DNA of 64,000 bases, taken from assembly GCA_050084515.1 (NCBI GenBank), contig CM114271.1, positions 3,100,001 through 3,164,000 on the forward strand. The letters run 5' to 3'. Origin of the DNA: Blasia pusilla. Lineage: Eukaryota. Below, piece by piece: positions 37,488 through 51,412 of this stretch. A program made the translations under genes and the position numbers. The notes beneath the pieces are model-generated. The model did no database searches. It was not told where the DNA came from and was given only the letters and a program-made list of their open reading frames with translations. Each line of letters begins with the position of its first letter. Within the stretch, counting starts at the first letter, position 1.

Positions 37488-40282
37488 GGTATACTTTTTG
37501 AAAGCCAAGTCAGAGGTATTCTCAGTGTTCCAAACATTTAGAGTTCTAGTAGAGAAGCAGACTAGACAACACATTCTGAAATTACGTTGTGATGGAGGAG
37601 GAGAATATCTTTCAACAAAGTTTGATGACTATTTACATCAGAATGGCATCCAACGTCAAGTGACTTGCCGCTACACTTCACAACAAAATGGAGTGGTTGA
37701 GAGGAAAAATTGACATATTTCTGAAGCGGCACGAGCTATGTTGAATGAGAAGAACATGCCTAAGGTGTATTGGGCAGAGGATGTAGCATGTGCCGTCTTC
37801 TTAATCAACCGAACTCCAACATCAGGAGTTCATGATAAAACTCCATTCAAAGTCTTCACAGGAAGTAAACCTGATTTTCCTTCTTGAAAGTATTTGGCTG
37901 TATATGTTACGCTCGTGTTCCTTCTGAGAGACGTCAGAAATTATACCCCAAGTTTGAAAGATGTATCTTCATTGGCTATGCTGATGGAACTAAGGGATGT
38001 AAGTGCTACATTCCATCCTCTAGGCAGCTAATTATTAGTCGGGATGTTGTCTTTGATGAGCTAAAGTCATGGTATGCTCCATATGAGCCTATTCCACCTC
38101 TAAACTTGTCTGTTGAGGGGGAGAATATGACTATAAACCAACAGAAATTATCTTCAACTTCCCCAAGTACTAGTGCATGATTAGGAGAGGTCCTAGATTC
38201 ATCCATTAAATCTGTGAGTCCATGGACGAGAAGAGTACATATTCAGTCTGTTAACATTAGTTAGAGCTTGAGTCATAGGCATCTACCTCAGAACAACAAC
38301 TTTGTAGATCAAATAGAGTTACACATCCAGTTCATAGATTCATAAATGAAGGTTTCCTTACGACACATCATGCATATATGATGACTACCCTTCAAGAGCA
38401 GCAGCCAAGTTTTTTTAAAGAAGCTGCGAGTAAAGCCGAATGGATTGAAGCTATGGGGGAAGAGCTTGCTCCATTAAGACATCAACAAACATGAGAGCTG
38501 GTTGATATACTTTCCGATAAGGAAGCTATTGGTTGCAAATGGGTTTACAAAATCAAACGCAATCAAGATGGTACAATGAACAGATACAAAGCGAGATTAG
38601 TGACTAAGGGCTGTGCACAACAATATGGTATCGATTATGAGGAAACATTTAGCCATGTTGCAAAGATGGTGACTACGAGAATAGTGGTTGCAGTTGCAAT
38701 AAGTAAGAAGTGAAGATTACATCACATGGACCTCAAGAATGCCTTCTTGAATGGAGATCTATATGACGAGGTATATATGACTCAACCACCTGGATATGAG
38801 CATCCAAAATTTCCATTTCACGTATGCAAGTTGAAGAAAGCTCTATACGGGCTCAAACAAGCTCCAAGAGCTTGCTATGGCAAGATTACATACGTCCTAC
38901 AAGAGTTAGATTTTAGGGTATGTGATTCTGACTCCTCGTTATATGTCTTGAGAGGACAAGATTATATAGTTCTCATTTTGTTGTATGTTGATGATCTCTT
39001 GATTACTGGGAATATTGAAGAAATGGTACAACAAGTCAAGCTTAAATTACAAGCAGAATTTGATATGAAGGACTTGAGAGAACTCAAGTACTTCCTTGGT
39101 ATTGAGTTTATCAAGGTTGGAGAGAGCATGTGGTTACTACAACGACAATATGCTCTTTATATGCTTTCAAAATATTGTATGACAACTTGTAAGCCAATCT
39201 CTACACCGTTGAACCAGAGTGTGAAGCTAAGAGTGGATGAAGGAGAGTTGCTTGCAGATTCTAATATGTACAGACGCATGGTTTAAAGTTTGATCTATCT
39301 AACTATAACCAAACCAGATTTGAGCTATGTTGTTGGCCTAGTGAGTCAATTTATGCAAGCACCTCGAAAACCTCACCTTGATGTTGTGAGGAGGATTATG
39401 CGGTATGTGAAATTCTCTATTCAATTTGGGCTTCAATTTGAACCTTCTTTGAGTTTTCAATTACAGGGATTCACAGTTGCTGATTGGGCAGGAAGTGTCT
39501 CTGATCGACACTCCACATCTGGTTATTCATTTACTTTGGGAAGCGCAGCTATAAGTTGGGCTTCAAAGAACCAACCTACAATTGCTTTATCTTCAACAGA
39601 GGCTGAGTATAGAGGAGCAACCAATGCAGCATGTGAGGCGGTGTGGTTTCATCGATTACTTGTTGAGATTGATGTTAGTAACTTAGGACCTAGTGTAATA
39701 TATCTAGATAATATAAGTAGCATCAAGCTTGCTAATAACCCTGTGTTTCATGCTCGTACAAAGCATGTTGAGTTGCACTATCATTTTATCAGAGAGAAAG
39801 TGCTTGCAGGAGAAATTGATCTTGTGTATATAGGTACAGATCAGTAAATTGCTGGCATCTTTACAAAGGCATTGTAAAGATGTTTGAAATGTTTATAAAA
39901 GATGTTAGAGATAAGTTTTAAATGTTTATAAAAGATTTAGGCGTTAGAGATATCGATATGAGCTTGAGGGGGAGTATTGAAGATTGAGTTACAGTCAAGC
40001 TCATGAGACACCTAAATTGCTATATTTGGCACTCATACGAAGTAGGGAAGCTTAATCTTGGTTAGTCAGTTAAGCACGATTATCTTAACCATGGTTAGTT
40101 AATCACAGTTAGGCTAACTCGCGACTATGGTTAAGGATAGGGTTAGGGTTGCTTGTACATACCCTATATAATTGAGAAAAGGACCAGCCTCCACTCATTC
40201 TCTCATTGCAAATTTTGTTCTCCATGGTGGTGTGTGTGTGTGTGTGAGAGTCATTTTCCACCAGTTATGCTTGTTTTCCACA
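37488..40282 (+). mobile_element. 3' half of the Ty1/Copia element (integrase, RT, RNase H, PPT, 3' LTR 39975-40282)
   Basis: LRCDGGGEY, QQNGVVERKN, MDLKNAFLNG, LYGLKQAPR, LYVDDLLI, SSTEAEY, HARTKHVELHYHFIREKV; PPT TTGAGGGGGAG 39964-39974. Confidence 0.95.
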
Positions 40283-40452
40283 AAATGGACGTGGGCAGCT
40301 AGGGGTGTGGGTGGGGCCAAAGGCGGTGCCATTGATGCATTGTGGTGCAAGAATGGACGCGGGATGGGGTGTGTGATGGCATGTCTACAAAAGTCCGTTC
40401 TCTGTAACCTTGTATGAGAAGAACATCATGTCCTTAAGATATGGTTCTACTC

Positions 40453-42052
40453 TTAGAATTTATCTAGGGTCCCAAAGCTACACTTTTCTCCAGAAAGAGT
40501 AAGATTGACCTCTTCTAGTCTTGTTAGGATCATATCCACATCAAGAATATGATCAGACACAAACTTTCTATACCCATCTTTCACAACCCTCTCAACCCTA
40601 TCTTCTATTGCACATCCCTTTATATGAATATCATCTACAAAAGGAATGGTTTTCTCAAGAATGAACTCTCTCAAGATCTTATTCATTGCACTCTGCATAT
40701 GAGCGACAAAATTTTTTTCTCCTTGAGGTAATGTGCACATTCTTACAAGCCCAAGTGGGGTGCGCATAGTGGTAATATCTTTACTCTCCATAGCTAATTG
40801 GAATTGATCATATCCCGGGTGCAAACCTCCACACCCTAGTATGATGCTAATACTTTTAAAGTTGCCAGAGTCTTGATAAGCACGGCATAAAAGCAAGACC
40901 TTGTACGGCTCAAAAAGCAACATGATTTTACCAGTCTGCATCAGACATTTCTTTCATCAGAATCCAAAGAATCATAGAGAAATACAAAGGTGATGCAAGG
41001 TTGTAGGAGAAAATGAAACACACCCTGAAAATAGAAGTCCTCAACTCTCGCACTGGTAACATTACAATAACTACTACACCTCTCGTGTGTAGAAGGGATG
41101 CAAGGGAAAATGCTTACACTTCATATTACAATTGATAGAAGGTAGTCTTAGGGGAAAAAATGGGAACTGAAATTCCCTTTAAAATATGAATGAAAATGAC
41201 TGTCACTTCAAGCTCCCCTAGGTGCTAAAATCCAAAGATATAATTTTAGCACTCATTTTCCTAATGGTTTCCAAAGAGGTTCTATCCTCCATGCTCCACT
41301 TTATGGAACCACCACCCGCTAGTAATCTCAACTCTCTTTCGGAATTATCAAAGTCTGTGTGAAACCCCTGATAGTAAAGATGCCGATTGAGTCTTACCAA
41401 GGATAAGGTCCCCCGGTCGATGTTGGTCCCCGGGCCAGTACTATCTGGAGATGTTCCATGTGTTGGGGATGGGTTATTATGCTTCTTTTTCTTTGAAGGT
41501 TTCACATCTACAATTTTCGGAGAAGCGTCCAAACCGCTAGAGCCTCCAAGTGTTGTTGATACTGTTCTACGTGGGATTCGTTTCATCTTTTTTTTCTCGA
41601 TCCACATTTCCTAGAGAAGCCTTTGGCACGATGACTCTATGTCTTTTCTTTTCATTCATTTCTTTTGTCATTTGGAACCTACTAGTTCACGAAGAAAAAC
41701 ATAGAGAAAACCCACACCTCAACATATATGATTCTTCCCCCTCTTCTAGCGGAAGACTCTTTCTTTTATCTGCACCCCCATATTCCCGCTCTACAGGAGT
41801 GCTAACTTAGAATCTGAAAACTCCTCTCTACCTTCATAAGACCATCTCTCAACTTATCCCTATTCCTTTCATGACCTACTCGTGCAGTAAGGAATTGATG
41901 TGATCTTGTTCCATCCTGACTTCTAATACGTGCATGATGAGATTCATCATCCATTACTTTGGTCTCCATTCTTGATGCTCTGATGTAAGGTTGCCCAAAG
42001 ATCACAAGATAAGCAGCTCCATTATGAAGAAAGAAATTTTGCTCAATCAACA
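40453..42052 (-). mobile_element. Degenerate Gypsy-type element of another family (protease C-terminus, RT fragment); its upstream part resumes at 56549-56750
   Basis: RT-like TPLGLVRMCTLPQG...IPFVDDIHIKG (40453-40820); protease-like YLVIFGQPYI (41802-42052); SLREVLGKAKRDFHELIID at 56549-56625. The sequence at ~40820-41790 is unassigned. Confidence 0.65.
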
Positions 42053-45000
42053 CTTTTAGGATAGATCGGTGAGATCTAATAGAGCGCCTTCATGAGTAGT
42101 GGAGGACACGCTCAGTAGGTCACGGATGACCTGCTGAAGCCCCAAGAAACCTGAGAGAGCAAGTTTCCCCTTCGTTTCGGCTTATTTGGAGCCATATTGA
42201 GGAACTTACTATTTTAGGTAAGTGCCATTTTGAATATATGATCAACTTTCTATTTTTGGTAAGTGGCCCTTGACCTCCTACATCAGGTCAAGAGCCAAGG
42301 AGGTGACTTGGGAGAATAGGTTACCATGGAGAGAGCTTGGGAGAGGGGAGGGGTATACCTCAAGGAGAGAGAGCTTGAGCGCTCATTCTCTCTTTGTTGA
42401 ACCTCTTGGCATGAGGCGGCGGAGCTATGGTACCTCGCCTTGTGAGTGTAACCCAAGCCTCTCATTAGGAGAGTGGGTTTGGTTTGACATGAGAGAGAGA
42501 GAGTGCACACCTTTGAGAGCTATGTTGTGAGATGGTGGAGAGAGAGATTGGATCTTACTTTACAAAGAGAGAATGAGAGAATGAGAGAATGAGAGAATGA
42601 GAGAGTGAGAGAGCTTCATGGGGGAGCTCGCTGGTCACTCGCTGTTTTTGCAGGTTGGGGACCGTGTTCCCCGTTCAGCGGCTCATGGGAGTGCTCACCG
42701 GAGCAAGGGCTGCTTTCATTATTCTTTGCATTTGCCGATTTTTCGTGTGGAAGAGTGGCGCGCGGAAGCGCTGCCCAATTTTTGATAGGGATTGAGTATG
42801 GGGGCAGGTTGCCCCATGCTGGTGCTCTCGGGAGCACCATGTAGCTCGCTGACTTGTATTTTTACAGATGTTACATTTTCGTTGGGAGAAATCAGCGCGG
42901 GAGCGCTGCCGAATTTTGTGTAGGAGAAAGAGACATTGGGCTTTATGACAGTCCCTGTAAGTTTTTACTGAAATTTTTGATTCTAAATTTTTGTTGATGC
43001 TGGCGTAGATCGTGAAGGTGTGCACACTGTGCAACAAACAGTGCGCAATTTGGAGTTGCGAACAAAAAGTTATGGTCAATCTTGTAAAGCTGCCATTGCT
43101 AGGCGATTTTTAGGGTTAAATTGTGCAAACCCTAAATCAGCCGCCACACCGGCGGTGGCCGTCGCCATCATAGTCACCGTCAACGGTCAACCATCACCGT
43201 CGAAGGTCAACCATCACCGTCGACGGTCAATCGTCACCGTCACCGTCACCGTCATCGGTCGGCCATCACCATCAACGGTCAACCGTCACTGTCAACGGTC
43301 CACCATCCATTGTCCACCTTTTGGGTGCTATTTCCGTCATTACGGAGTGGAGGGTCTTCCACGACGTTCGTTGATTCCTTGACTTGCGTCGCCACCGCGT
43401 ACTTTGTTTTGGCCGCCACCGTCATCGCAGATTCTTCATCAACCAATGATGGCAGATGACCTCCGGTTATGGTGTTTGAGTTTCGATTTCATGCTGCTAT
43501 GTTGTGATTGGTAGCCGCTCGACGACGATCGAGTATTGTGCCGTGACGCCTGTAGCCGCAACGCGCCGTCGATTGCCGTGCCGTGCCGCTCGTGGCCGCA
43601 CCGCACCGTCTCGATCGCGGAGCCGCACCGTCATCATGGACCAGAGTGTGGGTTTATTGTTGATTGAGGAGGGTATGCCGCCGAGTGCCGCATCCCACCG
43701 TCGAGGGCCGTGCCATTCGTGAGCGTTCGCCTGTCGCCCCGCAACGCCGCACCGTTTACCGGGACCGCATTGTCTATCGAGGAGTTTTGAGCAAGATCGT
43801 GACGGGAGGAGTATGACTTGCTGATTGGAGGAGTTGTCTCCACGATCGAGTTGGGGTCTAGATTTGCGATTCCGAGGAGCGACATCGACATGTGTTCAAA
43901 GTTACCCATTCTCGGTCCTTTACCCCGCGTGTGAGGGATTCGGGATTTATTTGGGGATATTGGGTGTGTGGATGCTGAGAGCATCATTTATGTATGTGGT
44001 TTAGGGGACATAGACCTGTGTGGGATGTCCGGAGTTGAGGGTAGGTTGTCGATGAGATGATAGCCTGGTCGATTTGCCGCACCACGCCGCGTATTGTCGC
44101 ACGTTACACGTCTCGGGGAGAGAGAGTGTAGATCGAGTGCCGCATGTTTGGGATGAGTGATTGAGGGATTCCTCACGAGGTTCAGAGTGATCAGGTGAGA
44201 GGGGCACGAGGGTCATCACGGAGTCTGTTCGGGACTTTGAGAGGCGAGGTGGTGAACCCGAGAGTAGCTCTAGAGGTTTTACGCGGAGTGGCGCGAGGTT
44301 CCAAGGGTCTCCACGTGAGGGACCACTTTGACCTCCTTCTGTGTCATCGTCAGACGAGGGGGAGGGTGTAGAGGAGTTTGTGAGCACATCGCCACACATT
44401 GTGAGTGGTCCTACCAGTTGGGCGTACGAGATGGACGACGGGATAGAGGACGCGTGGGTTTTGGTGCGGTGAAGAGGCATTGATTGAGTTGCACGATTTT
44501 ATAGCAGAGTTTAGGAGTTGGTGCGACTCCTCATGGGCCAGGAACTCTAGAGAGTTCAACCGTTCTGACATGATGGAACGGTATGTTCCAGCATTTAGAG
44601 GGGGCGCCCATGGACGATTACCATGAGTTCTCTCAAAGATATGCATGTGAGATCGAGGCGTGGAGGCTCTACTATGACCCACATTATATGTCATGGACGG
44701 AGCCATTCCCAAATGAGGAGGAGGAGTCAGGAGAGGCTACTGCCTCTTCCACTAGTGACGTTTTAGGAGGGGTCACTCGCACGAGAGTAGTTGCACCGTC
44801 TAGTCGGGTTTGTCCCAGGTTCAACCCTATGGTTGAGTTCTTTGTTGAGTTGAGGATGAGCTACCAAGGGGTACGGACGGAGAAGTTGCGGAGCATCCAC
44901 GACTTCCAGAGGCGCCCGGGTGAGAGTTTGCGTGAGGCTTACACTCGCTTGCGCCAGTTGATCAACGTCACTCAGGGGGTGACAGAGGCTCAGGCTATCC

Positions 45001-47069
45001 AGTCATGGTACGCGATGCTGGACCGGACCCTACGGACACGGGTGAGGGAGGGGGTGCTTCTTATGAACACCTCCCCTACGTTGAGAGATGTTTTTAGGAC
45101 CGCCGAGAACATTGACCGCAACATGGCGGAGGAGAGCGTAGCCACCATGGGTTCTGGGCGAGAGCAGTCACGATTGTCTGCACAACCTGTGCAGCAACGT
45201 GGACTTCGAGATAGGTCGACTGTGGCACCACGAGCTCAAGGAGGATACCGGAAGGCCGTGCCACAAAGACTTGCGCCTTCATATGCGGCTCAGCAGCAGC
45301 CGCCTACTATTACTTGTTGATCATGTGGTGGAGCCCATCATCAGCGCGATTGCACTCGTCAAGGTCATGGATGTGTGCCTCGGCATGGAGGAGGAGATGG
45401 TGCTGTACCAGGAGGTTATCATTGTGACTATTGTCAGAGGTATGGTCATACAGGCGCCAGGTGTTTTAGTTTACATCCTGAGTTACGTTCGGACCGAGGG
45501 CCAGAGAGGGCACCAGAGCGAGTAGTCGGTCCGGGTGGGCCTAGAGATCGTGCACTAGGTGGTCCCGTTGGGGGACGAGGAGCTGGAGTTGCCCGACAAG
45601 GTGGTGGAGCTGCCCGTGGAGGAGGTAGAGTACCACCACCTAGACGCGCCGAGGGAGACACCGGACGTGAGGTCGGGATGGTCGCTTTCGATCTGGCAGC
45701 CTATAGGAGCAGATTGCCGCTATGGCATTGAGGTTACCCGATGCCGGATCCGTGGCATCGACATCATATGGAGCAGCCAGAGATCTGGAGGATCCTGGAT
45801 GGATGTGCGGGGTTGCCCAAATGGAGGCCGCCATATTTGTGACGCGCGTGGAGCAGCCGTGAGAGTTGGATCCACATGGCGGGAAGCCGTAAGACGACTA
45901 GGCTTCCTCGGTCTTTCACGTTGTCGAAGCGATGAGGACCCCATCGATGGGTCCTCATCAAAGTTCCCGGAGAGTTGGTGATGTTGTTGGTGTGCAGCAC
46001 AAAGGGCGATGGGAGAAGCGAAAGCGGCGACTCCTATTGTTGATGCTCGGGAGGGCATGTGTCGAGCACGTTGTTGGGGCGACCACCGTTGTGTACCGCA
46101 CTCCTTTATTTTCTGCTTCCGATGTTATGACGTTGGGGGGTACGCCCGCCGAGGCTTTTCGGCTGGCCGCTTCACTATGTGAGCGCAGAGTTGGAGTTCC
46201 TGCATCACGTTCAGAGGTGATTGCAGAGGAGGTGATGGACCTGCCCTTGGAGCGGATGCTCGGGCCATCCACATCAGATTTATGGCAGGCTGCGGCTGCT
46301 AGGATGGCGGAGATGCCCGCTAGACCCGCGATAGAGCGTGCCATGGCTTCTCCTGGTGTTGTGTTGTTGGATAACCGAGGAGAGGTCTTCCAGTTGGTGA
46401 GTCATGGAGGTAGAGCTTTTAGTCCGCAACGCAACCCTTGATGTTGGGGAAAGCGTCATTCAGAGGATTGGGCTTGACGAGAGCCGATGTGGAGCGTTGT
46501 CCATTCCGGATACAGACATCCTTGGGTGGAGCGAGTACCACACAGTATATCACCTGACAGGAGGTCGTGGTGAGGATTCGCCCGGGACATCCTACAAATG
46601 AGTCCGTGGTGCGTGCCAAGACGATAGTGACTAATGCAGAGTCCTATGACGGCTTGGTTGGTGGAGCAGTGTTATACCCGATGGGATTTTCCCTGGATTA
46701 TTGGGAGGAGTTAGCGTCCTACAAACTAGGATGGCAGTGAGGTGATGGGCGCCTTAGCTCATTACTCGTTCGATTCACAGATGCAGTGATCGAGCAACGG
46801 CCAGGAGAGATGGCGACCTTAGCAGCATTTAGCAGTGCCATCACTTGGCCTAGTGATTTGATTGAGGGACATGTCCATGCAGAGGATACTCCCGTTCCTG
46901 ACATTTCTATGGAGAGGAGTGTTATGGTAGCTGCGTCATTCCGTGGAGGAGAGGTGCCGTTGAGCATGTGCAGACCGCGTGGAGCGAGGCGTTTGCACCA
47001 GAGCGTGACGGGTCTGAGGAACCCGAGGCTTCAGGGAGTGCTACGATGACACCCTTGGATACCACACCC

Positions 47070-48040
47070 ATTGTGTGGTGTATCCCAGAGGAGGGTATTC
47101 GAGTGTTAGATCTCTTTGGAGGGATTAGCATCGGGTTAGTTGCTATTTTGCAGGCAAGAGTGCGAGTACATCAGTACCTGTATGTGGAGAGTGATGATGT
47201 TACGAGGCGCGTCTCACTATGACATGTGGCGCAATTACACCTACGTTTTCCCGACTTATTGTCTGCGTCCGCAGTACAGGGGTACTAGAGTTCCTTACCG
47301 AGGTATATTTTGTTGTTGGGGGCGCAGGACTTAGAGCGGGTAGGGACCATTGATTTGGTCATTGGCGGTTGGCCATGTTAGGGCCAATCAAGTGATGGAC
47401 GAGGCAGCGGGTTGGCTCACACTCGGTCCAGGTTATTTTGGGAGATGTTGAGGGTCTTACGGCAGTTGCAGGAGCACCAGTCTCGTTCTCCAGCCTACAT
47501 TCTGGAGAATGTGCCGATCTTAGGAGACTCCAGGTCACGGGTGGTGACGAGTGCTCATCAGGTGCGTGTCTGGATCGGCCCAGCAGTGTTCTTGGATGCG
47601 GCGAGTGTAGGTTCTAGAGCCCATCGCCCGCGTCTATGGTGGACCAACTTGGTGCCCGATGCGGTGTTATGGAGGGCGTATGCGAGAGTGGAGCGCCCCT
47701 CCCATTTGTTAGTGGATTCCATTCTAGATCTAGGTTGTCGATCACAGGCAGTGAGGCATGATGATCGACCACCGCCGGCGTGGTGGTCAGTCGGGGTAAA
47801 GCGGCGCCTTGCCCACGTTGTGAGTTTTCCGCTTCCTATGCATACAAGGAGGCCGGTCCTGGCTTGGTTTGGGATGACCAGGTTCAGCGGTTGGTGGAGC
47901 CCAACGCCGACGAGAGAGAGCGAGCGATGGGATTTCCCATAGGAGTGACGGCAGTACCATCAGTGTCAGAGGCATCACAACGCCATGTCTTGGGTCAGGC
48001 GATGGACCTGAACTGCTTGACATGGATCCTCAGCTTGGGA
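47070..48040 (+). pseudogene. DNMT3-like C5 methyltransferase domain of G3
   Basis: VLDLFGGISIGL, DLVIGGWPC*G (~47350-47383), YILENVP, SRAHRPRLWWTN, ERERAMGFPIGVT, VLGQAMDL. Confidence 0.88.
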
Positions 48041-51000
48041 GTGGCTGAGCAGCGTCGTATGAGATCGCGATGATCACAATGTTGCGTTGGCAGGAGCCCC
48101 ATGCCTACCGAGACGGTGGAGGCAATGGTTGGGGGCGAGACCCGAGGAGATCTACGCACCAGGGGAGATCGAGAGCGACACCCTTGGACTTCTTGGGATG
48201 TTTTGCAGCTACGCAAGGAGAAGATAGCCACAGCATCGAGTGTGGTTTTGGGCACTGCACGTGGAGGAGATCAGAGTTTGCAGTTGGTTGCAGGAGAGCG
48301 GTCGAGTGTTGTTGTTCGAGACGGGGTTGCACCATAGCAACCACCGATACCCGCGCCGGAGAGTCCTACCGTAGTCACGATGGAGACTTAGGAGCCGATA
48401 TGGGCCCTAAGTTGACAGGGAGGAGAGCGGCGCCGAATACATCGTTCCTCGGGAGTTATAGGAGCGCTGCGTTTAGCATGGAGGATTTGGGTACGTTGAA
48501 GGGACCGGGATCCGCATTGAGTTTTCGAGTGATATGCCGATCTTCCGGCGACCCTACAGTCAATGATATGGAGAGGGCTCGATTGAGTAGGAGCGAGGAC
48601 TTGGTCGGAGCAGACTAGTGGAGATGTCGCATGGGGAGTATGCACCGCCTTTGTCATGCCATGCCCGCCAAGAAGGATGTGCATGGCAACCGACGGATAG
48701 GTGGATGTGTGGGGATTACCGACCTATCAATCGTGATTTAAGTCCGATAGGTATGCCATGCCCACCCCGAGGAGATCTTTAATGCGATTGGTCACGCAAA
48801 GGTCTTCAGTTCATTGGATTTGCAAGCCGAATACCATCAACTGCCTATCAGATTGGAGGACATGCAGAAGACGGCATTTTGGGGCATCGATCCTCATGGG
48901 AAGGATTGTTTGTACCAGTGGCGGTTCTTACCATTTGGGTTAAAGAACGCCCCGGCTAAGTTTCAGAGGGTCATGGATAGGATCTTGGCTGGTCTGGATT
49001 TTGCTAGGTGTTATATTGATGACATCATAGTCTTTAGCGCCACGGTTGAGGAGCATGAGCAACATCTAGAGGAGGTGTTCCGACGATTGCAATTACATGG
49101 GCTGAAGCTACATCCAGGCAAGTGCAAGTTCTTCTACGACCAGATTGAGTACTTGGGTCATACAATATACCCAGGGGGCCTTGGTGTTTAGCAAACGAAG
49201 GTAGAGGCTATCTCACGCATTCCACGCCCTAAAGATGTGAGCCGTGTTTGCGCATTCATGGGATTGGCGAACTTCTATCGGCGATATGTCAAGGGATTGA
49301 TTTGATTATGGCCGTTGACCTTCGACCAAGGTGGATCACGAGTGGCACTGGGGGGATGAGCAGGAGCGAGCATTTTAGTTTTTCAAGGATAGGTTGACGT
49401 CCGCACCCATCTTGAGGAGACCGATCAAGGGCGTCCTTTCCTGTTGCACACAGATTGGAGCATGTTGGGGCTTGGAGCGGTGCTCACCCAGCATGATGAT
49501 GAGGGTAGAGAGTTCGTGGTGGCTTACGCTAGCCGCCCGAACAACGCCGCAGAAATACTGGCTCGTATGAGGGTGAGTGCTTGGTCGGTGTGGGTGTCGC
49601 ACATTTCAAGTGTTACTTATTCGGCAACCCCTTTACCATCATCGATCATCAACCACCAAGTGGTTGATGGAGTCCGGCAAGCTTCAGGAAGCTTGCGAGA
49701 TGGGCTCTGTTGTTGCAGGAGTATGATTTTCAGGTGGTACATAGACCTGGGACGCTCAACCAGGATGCAAATGGGTTGAGTCGTAACCCATGCCCGAGTC
49801 AGCGAGATGCGACTGGAGCTCGATGGCATGGAGAGAGTGATGAGGAGTCGGTGACACGATGGCACGCGTCAGCCTATTTAGGCATGTTGGCTATGGAGAG
49901 AGCGAGTGTGGAGACCGATGGCGAGGTCTAGTGGAGAGTCCTGGATCCCGAGGCGGTGAGGACACGACAAGTGGCCGAGATATTCATGATGATGGAGTAG
50001 TCTTGGAGTACCTTCAGATCGGGCGGCGTTAGAGCACCATGGATGCTAGAGAGCGGGATCGGATCCTACAGCGGGCCAGACGGTTTCGTTGGGAAGAGAC
50101 ACATGTTTTGAGGGTTTGGGAGGATGGTAGAGTACGCGTAGTGCCGCATCCTTTATAGAGAGCACGACTAGTGCAGCATGCCCACGAGGAGTTGGATCAC
50201 TTTGGGGTGAAGCGGACGCATGACTTGCTCGATTCAAAGATTGGTGGCGAGGCATGCAGATCGACATCCGCCAGCTTTGTTGCCAGGTGCATGGTGTGTG
50301 ATCGGGTCCGAGCATCGTTCAATGCTCCAACTCCACAGTTGCATCCCTTACCAATCATAGGCTTAGGGTATAGATGGAGTTTGGATTTTGCAGGACCTTT
50401 GCCCTTGACAAAGCGTCACGATCGTTATGTGTTGGTGATGGTGAGCACTTCTCAAAGTGGATTGAGTTGGTTGCATTGCCTGACAAAGCGAGTGAGGGAG
50501 TAGCTTATGCCTTCCTTGACAGAGTGATGAGTCATTATGGCACACCGGCTGAGGTGTTGACAAACCAGGGTACCGAGTTTCGCGGTGAGTTCCAGGCCTT
50601 GTGTGATCGGTGATTGACCACCACCGCGACGCGAGATCATCCCGAGGCGGATGGATTAGAGGAGAGAGTTGTGCAGACGGTGAAGAGGGGTTTACGCAAG
50701 TATGGCTTGCAGAGAGTTCACCTAGGAGATTGGGACCTCCAGTTGCCATGGTTGGCGATGGGACACAGATTCAGCAGGCAGGCATCCTTAGCGTCTTTTT
50801 CACCGTACTTGCTACTTTATGGCCGAGAGCCAGATTTACGTGCGGCCATTCGTCGAGATGCTAGTGAGGTGCTGAACCTTGATGACCCAGATGTATGGGT
50901 GCTCGCATGTTCTCAGAGGGCTGAGTTATTTCGGAGAGTGATGCCCATGGCGTTCGAGAACTTGGCGATTGCACAGCATCGGGATACGTTGAGGTATGCG

Positions 51001-51269
51001 ACTATTCGGGGTGGTGGTTATCGACCAACTATCCGGAGGTTTCATGAGGGAGATTATGTCTACTTGCAGTAGACGGCACCGACGATGTTGGATGTGACTG
51101 CAGGGCGCACTATCCTAAGAGTGCGTGACATTTTGCCATCGGGTGTTCTCTTGTTGGAGGGACGCGATGGTATGGTATGGAAGGACCATGTGCGTAATTG
51201 TGCGCCATGTCACCTTCCTAACATTGATGGTACAGTAGATCCGAGCTTAGAAGTAGTTCCTGCAGGCTT

Positions 51270-51412
51270 GCGTTGTATGTTGTGTGGTTCTGCCCGTGGT
51301 GCAGCCACGATGCTAGTCTGTGATGGGTGTTCGAGAGGATGGCATATGGCATGTTTGACGCCACCTCTCACTAGGGTTCCTCAGGGACGATGGATGTGTC
51401 CCAGATGTACAT
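51270..51412 (+). CDS. PHD finger (C4HC3) at the G3 integrase C-terminus
   Basis: CMLCGSARGAATMLVCDGCSRGWHMACLTPPLTRVPQGRWMCPRC. Homologous, partly mutated copies at 34262-34400 (G2) and 290-420 (G0). Confidence 0.93.

Noticed and set aside
41218-41607. 129-aa minus ORF inside the degenerate Gypsy element
   Set aside because: No recognisable motif or boundaries; cannot be assigned without a search.
42566-42612. (GAGAGAAT)n octamer run, also at 52238-52300
   Set aside because: Ordinary microsatellite within repeat A with a copy-number difference only.
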